Source: Patescibacteria group bacterium
Lineage (GTDB): Bacteria; Patescibacteriota; Microgenomatia; UBA10105; UBA927
NCBI GenBank assembly: GCA_035510735.1
Contig: DATKGN010000008.1
Coordinates: 76,466 to 140,465, forward strand
Direction of reading: 5' to 3'
Length of the DNA: 64,000 nt
Translations under genes and position numbers: made by a program
Part shown: one piece after another, positions 63,901 through 64,000 of the stretch
How positions within the stretch are numbered: position 1 is the first letter of the stretch
Layout: each line of letters opens with the position of its first letter
Notes under the pieces: generated by a model
Databases searched by the model: none
Told to the model about the DNA's origin: nothing
What the model saw: the letters and a program-made list of their open reading frames with translations, nothing else

Positions 63901-64000
63901 GATTTGAGGCTGTTTTCCCTTGAGCCACTAGTATGTCATTCCGGATACTTAGGCCAAAGAGAGCGATGCCGATAATCCCTACGACGATACCCCCCGTCGT
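27950..64000 (-). CDS. Giant multidomain membrane-associated protein, more than 12,016 aa, 5'-truncated by the window edge
   Basis: The track ORF is 11,992 aa. The 24 codons between 63929 and 64000 are also stop-free (TTGGIVVGIIGIALFGLSIRNDIL), so the GTG at 63928 is probably not the true start. Many recognisable in-frame domains are listed below. Confidence 0.95.
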   Translation of the reverse strand, partial: TTGGIVVGIIGIALFGLSIRNDILVAQGKTASNPLTKTIQWINSVPTKQQYEDDFGMLMPTQETAGLLGRRDNTFFKWFNATPFGIGQPGWNLGYAFSKYGVAETVRFVFGHVFVGTITAPINPVIGVVQALGWQWDPFTRILASTVAQYGMLDMLKMHISSTTFGPYSKTAALIGGFGVRAPIYTVLISSPDPVSKWILAGFVAHDLARFIPGINHLLTGQPTSLPPPTGTHTGFNALLRKLPGFNPTTKKYNELPWYVKWMWSDNPLPKGVKSLRDLLLATPKTHPAWYNVSRRIIPAALYGIGVIYTLGNPLPPTLPWALKSFALPNVFDLIRISFTPGGWYEFSKSDPYQQHAVALAEAAVNAEAAVTKDKIYMGATKLLTIIAAESDIDGVETTAAITELKTYMKTYVYPSIALFNKDAQFTKDLPGIRKLAHQLLLVRALVIPFADGKAKDWVGAIADGLRATPPQTDDAIIAPIITQIVAAIKSAIPDAANRPSDTIVTLQAKDFINGRLGQIKRWENALKPDSRLSNTNDVATLTNQVKAFVGIAAGENPVYYEKWVAYAAQKKAATMPTAVPPGVGPVALPTQNEANAGHARYRAFLAGLPGTVRQQIKDDINLELVFTGIIAERSNGLAQPNRTILMSAINRVAGMSAFEVTTPAPSSSNILVIINLAAVERVMKLPSNLNLFPSVDWTNVALWMQNHPQDWFQNGLPEGNMRYGVLSGYPRSITEKFVRFQALKIRLSSLSPEDLTKLSDHWAGRVVLPRADVLAILQKVAVLTPDDRNFMADDHILPQPLMGDGFNADDDAYMLWIGQMLNISRAFTPVAAASDADIANAANELLKDENNLTNAVNVAQAQTVIETALNSLTFPDAAAKAAELARALAAANVKAIQIHSARVAFRGYVTTQRPGLIADLFAGQTVPAAVTSRKAAFELVPQFTALKALEPTVIADTYITAEANNIVTDIGSFPTITNVTSMVQAGAQALVAGGDSAARDAAITTELNRAVPRGTRAQDVYDAWIAHELLSLWPAAQAEYDLIINTPPDPVAEAHQMMENIRTFISAGGVHPVDEVAIQINAWENLNNLTASMKSRALITKSQLTDAKTALITIATESISPQLRDAFVANPLYTATLEKSYLTNWFTTLGVEKRTSTRMINKVMNESQDLAAAIRAWNDLHIQLQGKPSINSPLGTLGAQVSDVVSGVRAFLSALSVEINDQIAAAAPSTTLTPYQQLIDYMKANWTDAHPFTSLIKRGSDIAKASRALTKAINTAGPTGPTLTLDAQSIVEYVNDALSNTLYTGLFRSIDDKNAFYDALNGTTTGASVTTQKQNYDKASAIIDRIARQTTGDRWLPSLLVQIKGKLVSAKGRVTAPTTMSAAITAAIARLNALASTDAAYKQAVDAAVTSLQAPNTQLSVTQEIVRNLLINTIPAGVRGRRGPSNTELRPLINQPVVDAIIQAARDQIAAAPQSGFTSQLIGDNSIYIIQDQNGAFYIKALKVNVTLNGIAMNIGDQALIHEIDKIILPNLLTYTFRIDADGLPYLWKTDGSQFIAIYEDGSVTIVPVQPVVDTWDTTIGSGKDAGIRIADVTIPANAFTLGHTPTGFYIIPNIDNVVVIDGRVSAIGAQTTIQDKSIIEIGSTKWIAQINNHGEIDFTEFNGTYYLHITADGVASVFDASDVTGVTDVLVGKGKGTAYHTDKPEASKTMGQDAVITTKPGVYSIGDADGASKRPRSAEGAQYVVARMQQIQKAAMKLPLPEVTGFLQAQMKDVNGEMINEFGDKNAGTIYSGAFIHPSGRLITIRVGDGDMMLLREGRIYPLNTLRRASADVINGSPLIQAEGNLPNGLGSTLFWGANIEMYQMYEGDRVMLLSDGFRKYARRGAGFNTEVFNILSGNGLTPDMAASKMVGRVAQLIGNKPIDDTSGIAMFVNKLPKSGAKVAVPVVQQDAIRKLPSTLRLPDVPTAQTNQLASYQTTIDALATIFTGTSLNGFIAGTVGGSAYAQKIINQTTANIPVVFTTTALKDTAPDLAQKVRDLKNTAPKDLKTPLENLAKALDALNPTKPQTSTVEAVVAAFTPKGINPAVAKIIRKFIEDLLSGPSSLPSMALVNNISKALQSEVTGALWRSILGIARKAGNNEEIINLAIGTIASNADRVQIIQSNLKILQQALRVNTTNYESWGGVKVDLDQFIQDQQTRLVKPFILMNIAGKDADKSSQREELAYAYGKWLYDSLSAQYDADSTAADEQMSGLTMTNRIVTSEITSLANKYYTIQPNKLADTFRQSIYNSLSKKSGIPVSTYQDVQGNNNLVMFPLIKDALRQAYHQAGFSPALAPMIKQLQKAASAPVKSRGDLEADLLRAQFKIITADPVFQKVQPLFTDPVSLFDRWIQTAEGGSITTPVFYDESIIGGLGARLRDIRTTLRLEPSGTGLNTLVTNGQHLLTTTLAPINISIEQFAKSLGYSDTTSLLTDMINGDGVHSADATTDIIIEKLKNGTMKDLMDFYNGFIQAFNSMNSPIAENDLTRTKNLLASAIAQFSSEVPPATFQYTDTTSILRDPVEKRVAAFLQYLIDQSLTKAVKPTTPVVKPPKTTARAAAKTQVKQTQSQLAKVVNALKSINVSLNGFTITAVDRATLITQLQNDILPLINDRIASLQSVNALTRLQQALESAVLPIYRVYGLERDIQSLISEISLKIEAIQLAKKTKPFPATIESLPPTLTDQERDIYNNSIKLNGPKSPAEQVIADKAVARFNAITLLPPREAARLPDSEYQQWTNVHGLQTEKVDISRLDLVSQLVDADIARGEDFSLQALRSRLLASQLTTNRNDLLNSGSYTQENVDAQIAQNTQINYQLQGFIVKVEAAIPSDRTSYDALVTSVQNAKLLSVRRLPSTAKQSTIDTALTTLRGQIVDAVVKSVVQDITNAISTTGTTTLTASNVITILGSYNITLTADDLTALDFAISGAQAKGKELYTQKHDAIQAYFTVSRRRVSIIRAILANEAAGGRYDVSNLINWSGRPSLDSADPDQSTLFQNILVGLHTDAIGMLSALNTAFVQERNSIQTDAVAADDPDGLVVSRITAIADVSQFNGKPIPATIQAWWINVTVADQLAIIKPVLDKVKQKQTDTEEIFRSVPRSITEGWFSAPNIADVTIAIGQVATDPDLASLRTQATRLQERIQDARARIASGIVDDALHAVWYAGLNRMTDSGQSAQVIEQHLTAMGVLLTSISTGAYGAENTTWTTALLDQTLESEFAQGQKDGLALAADTLVTDTLQPLLEGDFRSAVKAWRNGDKGVQGLQSLLGEVAALVDTKIDADGITIRQLTNLDKLLRGIEDGLADQTGLTGIIQASINVQQLIDHIQAHITLINTTILNDTLTTPPIITINNTTYAKSTATKNKLTRGSLSSLLADVVKSGPIAVRQSHYSLGTDGGFGADDTTDYPVISSSNLRDWENALIEKYQDEKNGGVVSIRPVAESELTYYFLFAGTLSDGTNTWQRYVPSEVELPQSWRTATVNAVPYVAAERTALNPLLTAWRSEDVNGIIDVSTHKADETGIAFGSYKQVPISSDLDKNISEQIQPGDFVRLHLGSNEPIVVRFMGKVGENGQNVWQHYIAATAQADLDKLKKANRPATLDMLNALKDDGVSVDDYLENYRYIDPVRRSTDFHELVLMTRFASDLTRELHQQGLMTDVGILYENQESALERIPATELETTYQKTGNAYTMAIHILKSNELDMLGLTFINPNQFLVGSDNLPPVLTETRNNLLGTSGEQTIPVLAMIVAKQTNQGIGTKVISAIETVAKDTYHFGGMGMWSLKNAAVLNLADGLNFRTGESQNNLDSLQRNAAPEQMYTLFDGTTMSVPAVDPILRKAIDEKQQAIVTLAKRAIALGSVDAITGTYSFTKLQSIVTMLEEQTARTVASKLFARLPAGWKGNPQVEQMFIDALLSGTIPIASLNDLARATPAELKSIQQAINTLAKASGNFPDFLARLPIFVRVIGSTNINQIPQALSQTQLAINALEKNTSLPAEVKKATTLHDFIDLTDVNVIVQNELFNSLLGANAGSTPAESTARITQQYGINTSEFANLLAAVTEYEWGRKQDILNNDQSEVIIRDQMAALLSARNDQFGLLSQAEQNNIIAALRVSYPDSMSLEHMTTDFTPGGKRADVLGVLDTYGGRVNTSVFASVILHTPDRPYDWPTIYAQSSAVKQILYQVSDKNTQELYGEAFTLLKQAISLAGGDNTVWSVMRGDIDVAINAMIVLTTNLPQVAVPQGLPDFSPNNKVEANFNENDVRKFVASLHLPAGEDERYVQEILTNQITFRTDMVTTAFEDIQNAYLPEPKEYTPEEINRLIIMATYGPFAQSLSNVTFISASLMMHPWPNVMALLKAGSIIGSRGQSINTDFGQNQPDASEFQTGVREALQYSNFASTEEYARAHIAGWLLDTILTVQEYHEAHGSLDSLQKQAVTLGKIDSDISQLLRSDLSSETIQSSLQTIYQELRTLMPAGSKFPANASKAIDALIQSIENYQKPPTNPESPSSPPGGGAPPTGTKPPGGGGSNAGPTETNGGTTTGTDQQQIATRLLFFRLIGLWTEQKQQELHAANELAMMDILGPGPVLTQYVNGASDTVIRQTIQERLTYFGVTDTLLTQAIAGKNQEAVITDLDQLLVSMYADQKLSRADLKVAMNEYLTNPGESKTAFVLANIVGPTDTAAIQQFIAEIGNPLDESMRNLTGETIAARLVQNADARDASIVNQIAHELSSLHDVPTVVAQVTRARSIVETRQAQQAQLTLREQQKQALEAQLLDAEAQWQSSSVISADDTRALIAGSEALAKERAVHESAAARVVTSPIVSALLPALYLESNLAAARTTGDILYHAAASKSPQQVIIDRVVTALEIARRPVFINYVDLLLSLQRTLLDDPSVRSAITTGSRDQIDNALREYLRQNGVADGVLASANVDENLWIASTRNALLRVLAAIEEKQANNNAQTAQAAQLTAQLTMFQRVNDYISKTGWNLFKKGDYSNLSKELQIVLFRPEEEDFTQNPDLLYLDNFVRSVVDQAMRTGDVAGLQWNTVLAAFEKNADIQATYATASQREQAKSILHFLFAVHVQEGLQALLATHPRGDKNYVFANILPMQTIGWRLHFVKATQDGIQLSWIVSPSDFKRYVYASSLQIGFDPQILQNGVDPQIKMFIGNDRVPLTVDNTITVQMQDGSQINVLLRRTNATNYELVIRAKGDTNDVVVPVQFPKPLSSYAPQRRPIPTGAYVFAALGIASVALTILTFGSAVPFSIGLLSWIGFVTTGILITPTLFSVIAPPEYTTLPDAAKYTTKQLLESKPVVANSPVSGNQVNTTTGVVANPSTVTNANVGNTQVNVPSNKNISPSEQISQQIASQRQLLNTSLTSFASDLKGVSQNYSNLEFSSDDVATMNTVATTIQSYVSGNQTDTNHITQYINTFLSTDVGQKYLEVSTRSVTGEQIRQTNYQNLQAALTSQATQIQNKYFTNDKHAVVSISVIDLNTGKIFGVNDSVHMTMDSNLNTVKVYALISLLEQQGLSGQDLLNYSPQGFNGMTVSQIIDSQLAQRKGEQKVATQLTQYLSTSSVSNQVNNLLATIGMSDTDLTSNTSTTADIMKFWSYYNAHPIQDATVSQAMTQSLTLLNEDLRTSDWWSHQDEQGYLLSILNYRGGFVPKGSGYDNLLNQKGFSSIQTKDPFAINLFSSYTDSPHLWIRENNSGIIQLPNGQRFGVSMAINGDNLSHRDFNFIEGASLLDYETAHLGATIATAFDTGMAYLQQNRAQTATAYYDGERGQQGWGKLSNVADVSSRISGTIIEPGKSVNIANIAFGKTMPTHFVVYNGLNGSGICTDAATLGTAIEQTGIDGLFVKPGYALHEPFDHEPFLAGWYGNLSNYSFSTGFPYVVVNNSDKRLKIVYTSNYFTLDESKPNTAVLNPWFANNGYILGKNAPTDSTNNIVPDSLEVINKESFKITAWVLEVDKTGNPIPNSPINQKYFASLNNQPAIDANSQVNIKTINNVIVQVNTLQGQLDQLSLQTNPSQASLANSTTGASSNSQPLSVQAAPRVDKNLLSLIANYSRQTPMTYSPSDIANIPSLADAQLNPIQPISTPNGLNVDSLGQLKKDHPVYTTPFGQHVIENNGKYYDADTGAYITNDPSKIYVQVANSLYENKYLRNPNLPNVILNDQDLQSKAWKGILIALDSELQIIGKNKGRDYSRDAIEIIFQSGSTQEKVDALNAIHAAISIVDPYTETTAARSPQTYHIPDAIGVGACGDQSTLAQAYLSTMGIPSSVTWLAIRDAHAVVTTVIDGTRYAMDFSFSNEIGADTTLYSSENFDALKKKYPGVAMGETDMIQRYFAGAGGQGVRQVVTVPFDIFLKEFYLPNNPDSKNMSLLPVTTVGVGSLFVPLSEVNSHTLDLSTNFALHVNNPSLFTDELALMRESLKNQTNDFVQNELPYVIHEDKGVVKTLVDSIRTKLQEDIRNRATSVTTVVHTIGNFFVPKVTMNVTDTVGTNGKSVSRSVNYVRKEQDDMVKFIRTEYSGELTFTDAIAAEEARITKSGRPVKFLVSEFMNEVMKTGKHVSGSEKNTRIIRAVALFDLVLQANKGKSFTDAQLFAIYDAIASDHIAVQLPTGTGKTYAAACVALVRSLFQSGVLVSSANVDLATRDLHDVSDLFSVFGVPSGVVDKGQYLTPNVPIIYGKLTDIAQAYSLALQSGVNIPLADYTLIPDEGDKSVLQEALTPIVRTGQAAEAENLSTIEMNVLSALAGKMQGWAGNRDYYTFDPEDITLSSLTPKAIAELSILQPTGMSDDTFAGYVEFAREASLMKEGVDYLYDQTTGEITILDDEQITDADKKFQSGLQWALEAKHGRTQNFTQISDTTFDLQTTMTFVREAGSVVIFTATAFQEGNELETYYGLIPKAIPFPLYISMAKQNQNNPEYLLVQLYDQASKQWIYSVVHKQSGAWVILEKDRVDYSPRLFITDSAKEQALGQDSQSIRAQHRAVLVAVKNEGALSALRSTAAFANAIFISERAGGDKAENIARAGTSGNIAVGTANIGRGVDFQPDQQVREAGGFFELISGLQKSSTLEQIRGRVGRLIPVSKGKDQIRSWGATRQYISLDDLKEVLGANDARILNLENGLSGEILPSDSRYASFMALVDEAETTIQNREQVARETQFLSDNANDQMIATNRTDALKGFGAARQTYDWMLQRIINATGAKDVKDKYLQAAGDAWKQYLQNLEELKTTAWMGAMNEKIDQPVYYANRSSQLLRDLIAQILKTIPVDTIASGYAIRTGDTCKGSMANCVVEAIITQRAIESIDRSDISVTEKLRLLNIFTPNRSDVTPNQYVQHLARISAERARINPSIKTSQSPSFISSTIDTIGNFIKDHFRGIAAVAGFPLVTAAAYFIIKALESNGARITAAVAAAGAVISPVIMTALPTVGILAGIAGIGTLAYFAFRAPMIRRRATVLLIGLTLAAIVAGYFSTIQNNRNSASLPSQVNNVQVVQQQKPSVNTINPQVNPVNPVNPANSAVNPVAGNNEQVGNNSTSQQQNAPPAVNQQPIQPPASVSQEVVVPQSAVAPVAQSATNVQVAADNSLSVANVPGSINRHVYTSQVDKFGGAVMKILDDWQNDPTKRNAISASDALRQGLKANGFADMADKLEGTSAYTFLDFTSTGFSNEEVQCIAFANIMQQSGLTDFPGGINDFSTIGGAVAKQIVGNDLNNSPAGIVYVKGQYAVQRVQSQADLDAGLGHFIVLYNKGSKEPGHILFLLSDKTADGKYRVYDANYLDDGTVNVNGIKTIKSDGEVRYSELTFDEFVNKYGTIAPGPGKSQIAIVLTKEEAQAATQMAQNSVLPVGFLAGTLLKLSDAFGSLIFRSQLLAGLVERYRNRKAIVKVTTVQSTARNAAVTVLFNRFQQLNVQWQTQEQAKSLSLPNIITFFRYWAGALKSLNQLASQLSQYRNIQFVPQINTVTLKQAVEVKTTNAKTSVKKAKPARPGVRLAPTFKIDPSIALAAVRAGQPLRNVALPAKDYIRQKAKAIRRQACGVGAMHLVPAVYAAGGTVGGAGCVVGHIIDAAEPIVEAAMDAPIITAIDASGITAEAQPNTTSTKENSSDYIDWSIVENSVQNAVSEFQKSGVKPKYITEESVMQGLQSFQQLLDSLPLETRKSLDYTTFIRVATGLIPVGYMNNSIDFSQDQLQQLQSYFKKYLGVLLLTSSKGTYILVNIKAVTAVIEENSALFPSGLASSPTRTIEQEIAKIMFAAKMTPELINLTSLLEGFPVIPHQQSHLETVLRNSVATEVSPETERPTIDELITILNQTQKVTPRTQAEKDTLRREMEKYKSLIPWIDQSLISTRMTTKWYGAQYVTEDQRKEIEIYERFDQRIMDGWVAAQEGVPTDVINNDLRSSGLISGLYRREAYSDFIGAQRKYGLPKLLLPTIIRTATIDDPISFVVKTISMFHRTLENTIARDNSSTFWEKTKYRVLYIPIFFLTSLMSGYSNNSSGAVRVSIFPATAFLYFYAFRAPPNPLTLIPDTVLLGIQPFTIPAAIQHELTHASVVSNQFRINFTNNLPNETFTDYFHEEAVQHASLYKKVSYILLHLESVIVGYFRSHGPIEYVLTSVDQLAGLPPGSAQIAFGHSYFAAPGHEADFFQLLERVVGDDSNEVWNILNSSQWSPLKMRRLKAIFARHALSNDSCIPTESFFGLVFAQTPSCALQPGGRYKAHAIDQDGTVAPTGTMMTVPIAGRWWKVGDKVKNWFAWRFGTQPTVAADEQIDISSGLSNQPIMQVDGGDLGTGQEPVRAISQIQPKPQVQDPVQVVQQAVLTKRITELDQIDFTSVNAPQEVRRIVENQYGLMSDTERGPPDQMEIVISLVVTTIVTRYQHLPLLSTSQTNVIDQNLLREQLTAADVIDDPDSKKIDPEYLDDSTGKAMVSALSKLANAVANHSFVTRIDVANSPEYSDLRKAVFTFTKKFYGAAESQNLYIRPELVANVALEAVGAPETLKQIPGRVVPGQLLKRSPGALEYQQILDKAKHDFAIELSQGKFTEADLEQFIRDKVQIVTINGVDVTVISANHDTYGSFVDPIIEAYIRNQRTKAIVDEYVGPDVLPSLQTGLVQSIYGSALVEDSRFRFDRSVSNIARDVHKPLLATDIANKPLYMAMRGDDIGVLTTGVTLARYLLPSISFLRDVVFTGLVSPLVQFHALHFVIVKAMVIFGVGAFDPNNIHWYEAILTHLEDARRIFAAEGIALATKEFEATPGSTDTNQIIVLYPSAHAIRIVDNLAQQNPVVRVLTSIKRLIYRLTPFLDFSVRRWEWSDTQTGPLKDDQELRGWIKVSENKLPWFSSTITDQSALGNCSPFSFNLFGVVFAQTPSCALKPGNRYKAYAIDQNGVVAPTATDMTVPIAGRWWKVGDKVKNWFAWRFGTQPTVAADEQIDISSGLSNQPIIQVWGEDVVGGQAQNQPPVLADKPDPKRQTKIFADGQYWLNSQLTEIRPYVEPGYLLQTDYVGAGKKADWIISSTQRSKDVWINGVPVITHTSEPIHIKNNDLIETPSGFWRVNIDANQTMHVVPVITNAPSSVTLSSSAFLDALMVASHQGLDEQAKQSIRQTIDQLVTLYIQPDVHSATQRSNQLYYDSVPLARLSPATSGRQTYDLKNAEVIKVDTSVETITEAYIWLFFPQFRKNLARVTGWGMVADTTADTKYIREARVVPLKSFGPIDELVKSIADVHRYVPDAAIADQEIKALLLPYGIRKEEDIVRVRELLDFMGNTLKAGDVRLDQMGYQDDGTLVIFDWGNTNMLAVAGQAADNDYNFAQYFDFETYVQKRAAEEKKAALQAQTNTTATVGCDTPIGLIPSVFAQNGKLPCITLTPGQKIMATEIINGRLGKKKEMELPLAGWYGVITEEGKSVGHVSQFMAILDPQIRVPTTESILVGDIWARKYDLNNAVMLVDGKDLVPGAVGNAPQPVKPQPIAAPKIPPLLPENNTETAQSIIQTIRAYINSPSIDPQIVTNMYVALSFELPQYPQDFQTNINNVLESYKIRPYSDLNDSQKLQRVRELQGLAELALKYIAMDEGRRVTVAAFRDVTEAQIQSEKQAAFGNIFSGAGYNIIPEDATAMSSLSNRAKNVLLRAQEIVPDKKKEFENAGTDIQDYLSWPTLEDPFELRVEREGFRAGVNATLRDIYRFEGDKLFPLFLQTMTSSKLNITKMQSVANELLSILPAGSVQDEVLQFIVDNNPARYNAFTKDQQVAAVADLITLISKSVDDLDVLYPAGGANFGFGAIPFVQHSLLFLGNWIAPLWTWIPGLPRVATSSIYALTQPGTWQYLFDRTSALVQSIVPESVQNSLTFAGARTIVQPGPFQNPARSNPPTPPQNTDPKAALVLVEQQRQVAEAIADGFLNNYAYLDDKTRVMMRQSIVAQLVSHPDILSFFTERFYDRLHQQSIAHLTIEDFPPDARPLVDAAFLQMLDDADGIPQPVWRSSSLPIVLGPGKQIITTIDGKTIYSINQVMNANGGQSVLGNYALRLIVYGIQKALGPGFSIVRLKGDTYGIIGPENTSTAEVEASVTEQLKLLPMLYREGGNVVKKPIDVHFAPYVPAPQDEDGVGLADLTTMEKVLQPDQRAWPYTPADLDRIGKQHSLFTLLTDEIQQKMGSTFGGPTIRDFLKQLAASILVDDVLDKKAQDLEKSFRAESGDQSVTVTAFADRFDAILSSRIATHPTKLLVVRLSIGQLIKPFNTDFGDAAGDEVIQMQFEKYAQFLFHRWGVKNIFIKREAANDMYVLLDASQARDLEELRSYFLTQLPYIEKGGKKYLVRPTVSSAIMDLVPTGLDQSDAVNLSRLEGVISTLDTANALDDARQTRAYFFDVIGTPLAREPYEWEYLRGRLDPSDTRGALRLIQQYGVTNTEMTQLMKLTPTAPITTTTDVAKYQSWERYLGSLIIRLPWWRRGVLGGLRIILPNSSQPSPAPKSSGGVDVSALPIDLANAKEGLRAYDQLLSRLPDEVKSVITKTDNVRKVYAGYYPEDSTQFTIWMNKLSSEDRALLIAAIGKNPTYGVVRHANGQYSLLNFQAAGKVIRAPANTGVFPEESLADPKEWLTDNPSEWDTSTSYDRLHTIRLALLSGIPRSAAENYATSDDATIKLSRADLSNFSLWEKFLLLDYRTGIDNPTSGLENWLLSIDPVKKDRHPGFLTGTLRRIFEKTGVLTNEQITLLLNAYMTSGQFRGFVPEDEQWAIERERIYTQALVAPLVPLNVQNSAQPINPSTTTYGIRELLQEFWKGINRIGIMPAGIPASNLGNLNVFEPLHGHTTFRTLIDAVRPMLSDVEVQELSHFIIDPRYSTSEMYGAVNQSDARDMASAYIVNAVSAIGKIAADLGPKGFGIERSESDISMMNLYVSSVMKEGAVFTLEPNNVLFAVLIRIGYLDYHIPIGTEKLKHPEPFWRFTAQGLRFVQENNEPYTMSGPGGVQSKFSGFSLAPNNYVPPATQPPWYQRVWEKVKSFLSKVNNPDCFSYNPLVSRVYAQDGTSVGTNCSISIRVGFKATSGLGGIGNFIWIKHYSDDVRGFMTKEFGGPGDERRKRLSLAFLLLLLTRSDALQCNAQPAISDILSGIGHLPSLLALPIDVIANAYNVIRPGNIPAVTNKYYQPFSQTIQDSINLYKEAHPGNAVYWNRSGGYTSTSDFYSFVTKSIDISPSDLKNQNPIDTVSPEYLASILQYKTNLMSANADMYLGKTSPSNFMGLLYLAKSNGSHDLGRLLYGMQGSGHFTDLTDQRRNYFDMLSSFIEQESQTSGAPTSSSHVLELFLEQDNGNINASVADLADFYKYAAREREWGTSDETMNNYMNEYWMSKNILDTFSTSLPYNQLLVQAHPEVYAAIHNGDANSMSLLDNIYYDYNLSDRMGSPYHVVTMSALLDKVSPDVVSFLIQKLYFDPGELSYQGLRKLETDYYAINDLYTVNRLLDSHSSNPQLEKMCGKQVMPNSMRAQ
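30190..30960 (-). other. Giant protein: unknown repeated domain, copy C
   Basis: GLRAYDQLLSRLP...GQYSLLNFQAAGKVI..P.N..VFP...W...NP..W...LALLSGIPRS. Confidence 0.65.
31350..32445 (-). other. Giant protein: two tandem degenerate GGDEF-like domains
   Basis: ID..TIYSINQ...LGNYAL...VRLKGDTY, and LIKPFNTDFGDAAGDEVI...KREAANDM...PTVSSAI. Confidence 0.62.
34480..35430 (-). other. Giant protein: FHA-like domain followed by a protein-kinase-like domain
   Basis: FHA-like WIISS...DVWINGVPV...IKNNDLIET. Kinase-like VIKV, a helix Glu (TEAY), catalytic loop GDVRLDQMG and VIFDWG (DFG equivalent). Confidence 0.6.
35574..35813 (-). repeat. Direct repeat (linker cassette), copy 2
   Basis: Encodes FAQTPSCAL.PG.RYKA...VPIAGRWWKVGDKVKNWFAWRFGTQPTVAADEQIDISSGLSNQPI, as in copy 1. 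Confidence 0.92.
35950..36740 (-). other. Giant protein: TraB/TIKI/EreA-ChaN-like metalloprotease domain
   Basis: VTVISANH, AIVDEY, LLATD, EDARRIFAAEGI, IIVLYPSAHAIRI follow the H..E..D..DxR..H order of the family. Confidence 0.55.
37560..37800 (-). repeat. Direct repeat (linker cassette), copy 1
   Basis: About 240 bp similar to 35574-35813. Positions 37596-37684 are identical to 35610-35698 over 89 bp. Confidence 0.92.
37880..38600 (-). other. Giant protein: zincin metalloprotease-like domain
   Basis: AIQHELTH (HExxH at 38258-38272) followed by NETFTDY, a gluzincin-type third-ligand Glu motif. Confidence 0.65.
38760..39500 (-). other. Giant protein: unknown repeated domain, copy B
   Basis: GLQSFQQLLDSLP...GTYILVNIKAVTAVI...LFP...SLLEGFP. 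Confidence 0.55.
40490..40920 (-). other. Giant protein: CHAP-like cysteine amidase/peptidase on a Gln/Asn/Pro-rich stalk
   Basis: VQCIAFA...PGHILF...YRVYDANY...GEVRY. Preceded by three TM helices (41480-41780) and a low-complexity linker (41150-41460). Confidence 0.72.
42100..44200 (-). other. Giant protein: internal SecA-like translocase ATPase (NBD1-PPXD-NBD2-scaffold/wing)
   Basis: FTDAQL, LPTGTGKT (Walker A), NVDLATRD, DEGD, GVDY, GLQWALEAKHG, TATA, TANIGRGVDF, EQIRGRVGR, YISLDD, and AWKQYLQNLEELK in the scaffold. Confidence 0.9.
44960..45260 (-). other. Giant protein: transglutaminase-like Cys-His-Asp domain
   Basis: GVGACGDQSTLAQAYLSTMGIPS...AHAVVTTVIDGTRYAMDFS. Confidence 0.8.
46180..46600 (-). 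other. Giant protein: VanW-like domain
   Basis: SNV..VSSRISGTIIEPGKSVN, GSGICTDAATL (VanW consensus GGGICQVSTTL), a downstream His, VVNNSDKRLKI. Confidence 0.72.
46650..47480 (-). other. Giant protein: class A beta-lactamase/PBP-like domain, catalytically degenerate
   Basis: VSISVIDLNTGKIFGVND..MTMDS, GMSDT, NTSTTADI, ENNSGIIQLPNGQRFGVS. The SxxK position reads NTVK and no KTG is seen. Confidence 0.7.
52480..52900 (-). other. Giant protein: GNAT-like acetyltransferase domain
   Basis: LAMIVAKQTNQGIGTKVISAIETVAK (acetyl-CoA motif A, QxxGxG-like), then MWSLKNAAVLNL. Confidence 0.55.
58195..58920 (-). other. Giant protein: PP2C/PPM-family Ser/Thr phosphatase domain
   Basis: GQDA, DADG, GT, VGDG, LPNGLG, GDRVMLLSDG, DDTSGI. 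All the metal-binding Asp motifs are present in order. Confidence 0.85.
59040..59580 (-). other. Giant protein: two degenerate FHA-like beta-sandwich domains
   Basis: FYIKALKVNVTLNG...LIHEIDKII and TIGSGKDAGIRI...FYII....VVVIDG...IQDKSIIEIGST. The canonical phospho-binding Arg/Ser residues are not evident. Confidence 0.5.
61540..62230 (-). other. Giant protein: unknown repeated domain, copy A
   Basis: G..RY..FL..LP...INLAAV..VM..P.N..LFP...YGVLSGYPRS. Homologous to 38760-39500 and 30190-30960. Confidence 0.65.

Noticed and set aside
63926-63928. GTG called as the start of the giant ORF
   Set aside because: The frame stays open to the window end and encodes a TM-like stretch there, so the real start most likely lies outside the window.
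63000-64000. Possible processive GT2 (cellulose-synthase-like) tail at the visible N-terminus of the giant protein
   Set aside because: An ED pair and following TMs are suggestive, but there is no QxxRW motif and the upstream context is outside the window.
1-64000. CRISPR array, tRNA, rRNA, integrase or DDE transposase
   Set aside because: I saw no regularly spaced repeat-spacer pattern, cloverleaf, rRNA-like sequence or recombinase/transposase motif. Intergenic space is very limited.
27950-64000. Stop-codon reassignment or NRPS/PKS/RTX/Ig-repeat explanation for the ORF length
   Set aside because: The frame is open under the standard code and neighbouring genes end in TGA. No condensation, ketosynthase, RTX nonapeptide or tandem Ig-like repeats are evident.

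Overview
Bacterial window in two parts, translated with standard code 11. The gene content (no housekeeping metabolism, many GT-C membrane glycosyltransferases, leaderless-type promoters, in-frame palindromic inserts) suggests a Patescibacteria/CPR genome, probably Microgenomates; this is inference. (1) Positions 1-27.2 kb are a surface-glycosylation island: 4 GT2 (DPM-synthase-like) enzymes, about 9 polytopic GT-C-like proteins, 2 NAD-dependent epimerases, a WbpB/WbpE/WbpD-like amino-sugar module and an AlaX editing protein. It also holds a GIY-YIG gene bracketed by inverted REP-like hairpins, a 3-gene cassette bracketed by ~230-bp structured inverted repeats, and a family of palindromic elements, three of them inside reading frames. 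(2) Positions 27,950 to beyond 64,000 (minus strand) are one uninterrupted ORF of more than 12,000 aa that is still open at the window edge. By motif reading it contains an internal SecA-like ATPase, cell-wall-type modules (class A beta-lactamase/PBP-like, VanW-like, transglutaminase-like, CHAP), FHA-like+PP2C and FHA-like+kinase-like units, a GNAT, an HExxH protease, a TraB/TIKI-like protease, two degenerate GGDEF domains and a thrice-repeated unknown domain. Its C-terminal third is divided by five Cys-bracketed V-(F/Y)-A-(Q/A) motifs resembling signal-peptidase sites. The best candidate for a new system is a self-translocating, proteolytically processed multi-effector polyprotein with exchangeable cargo cassettes. 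All domain calls are by eye and have not been confirmed by database search.
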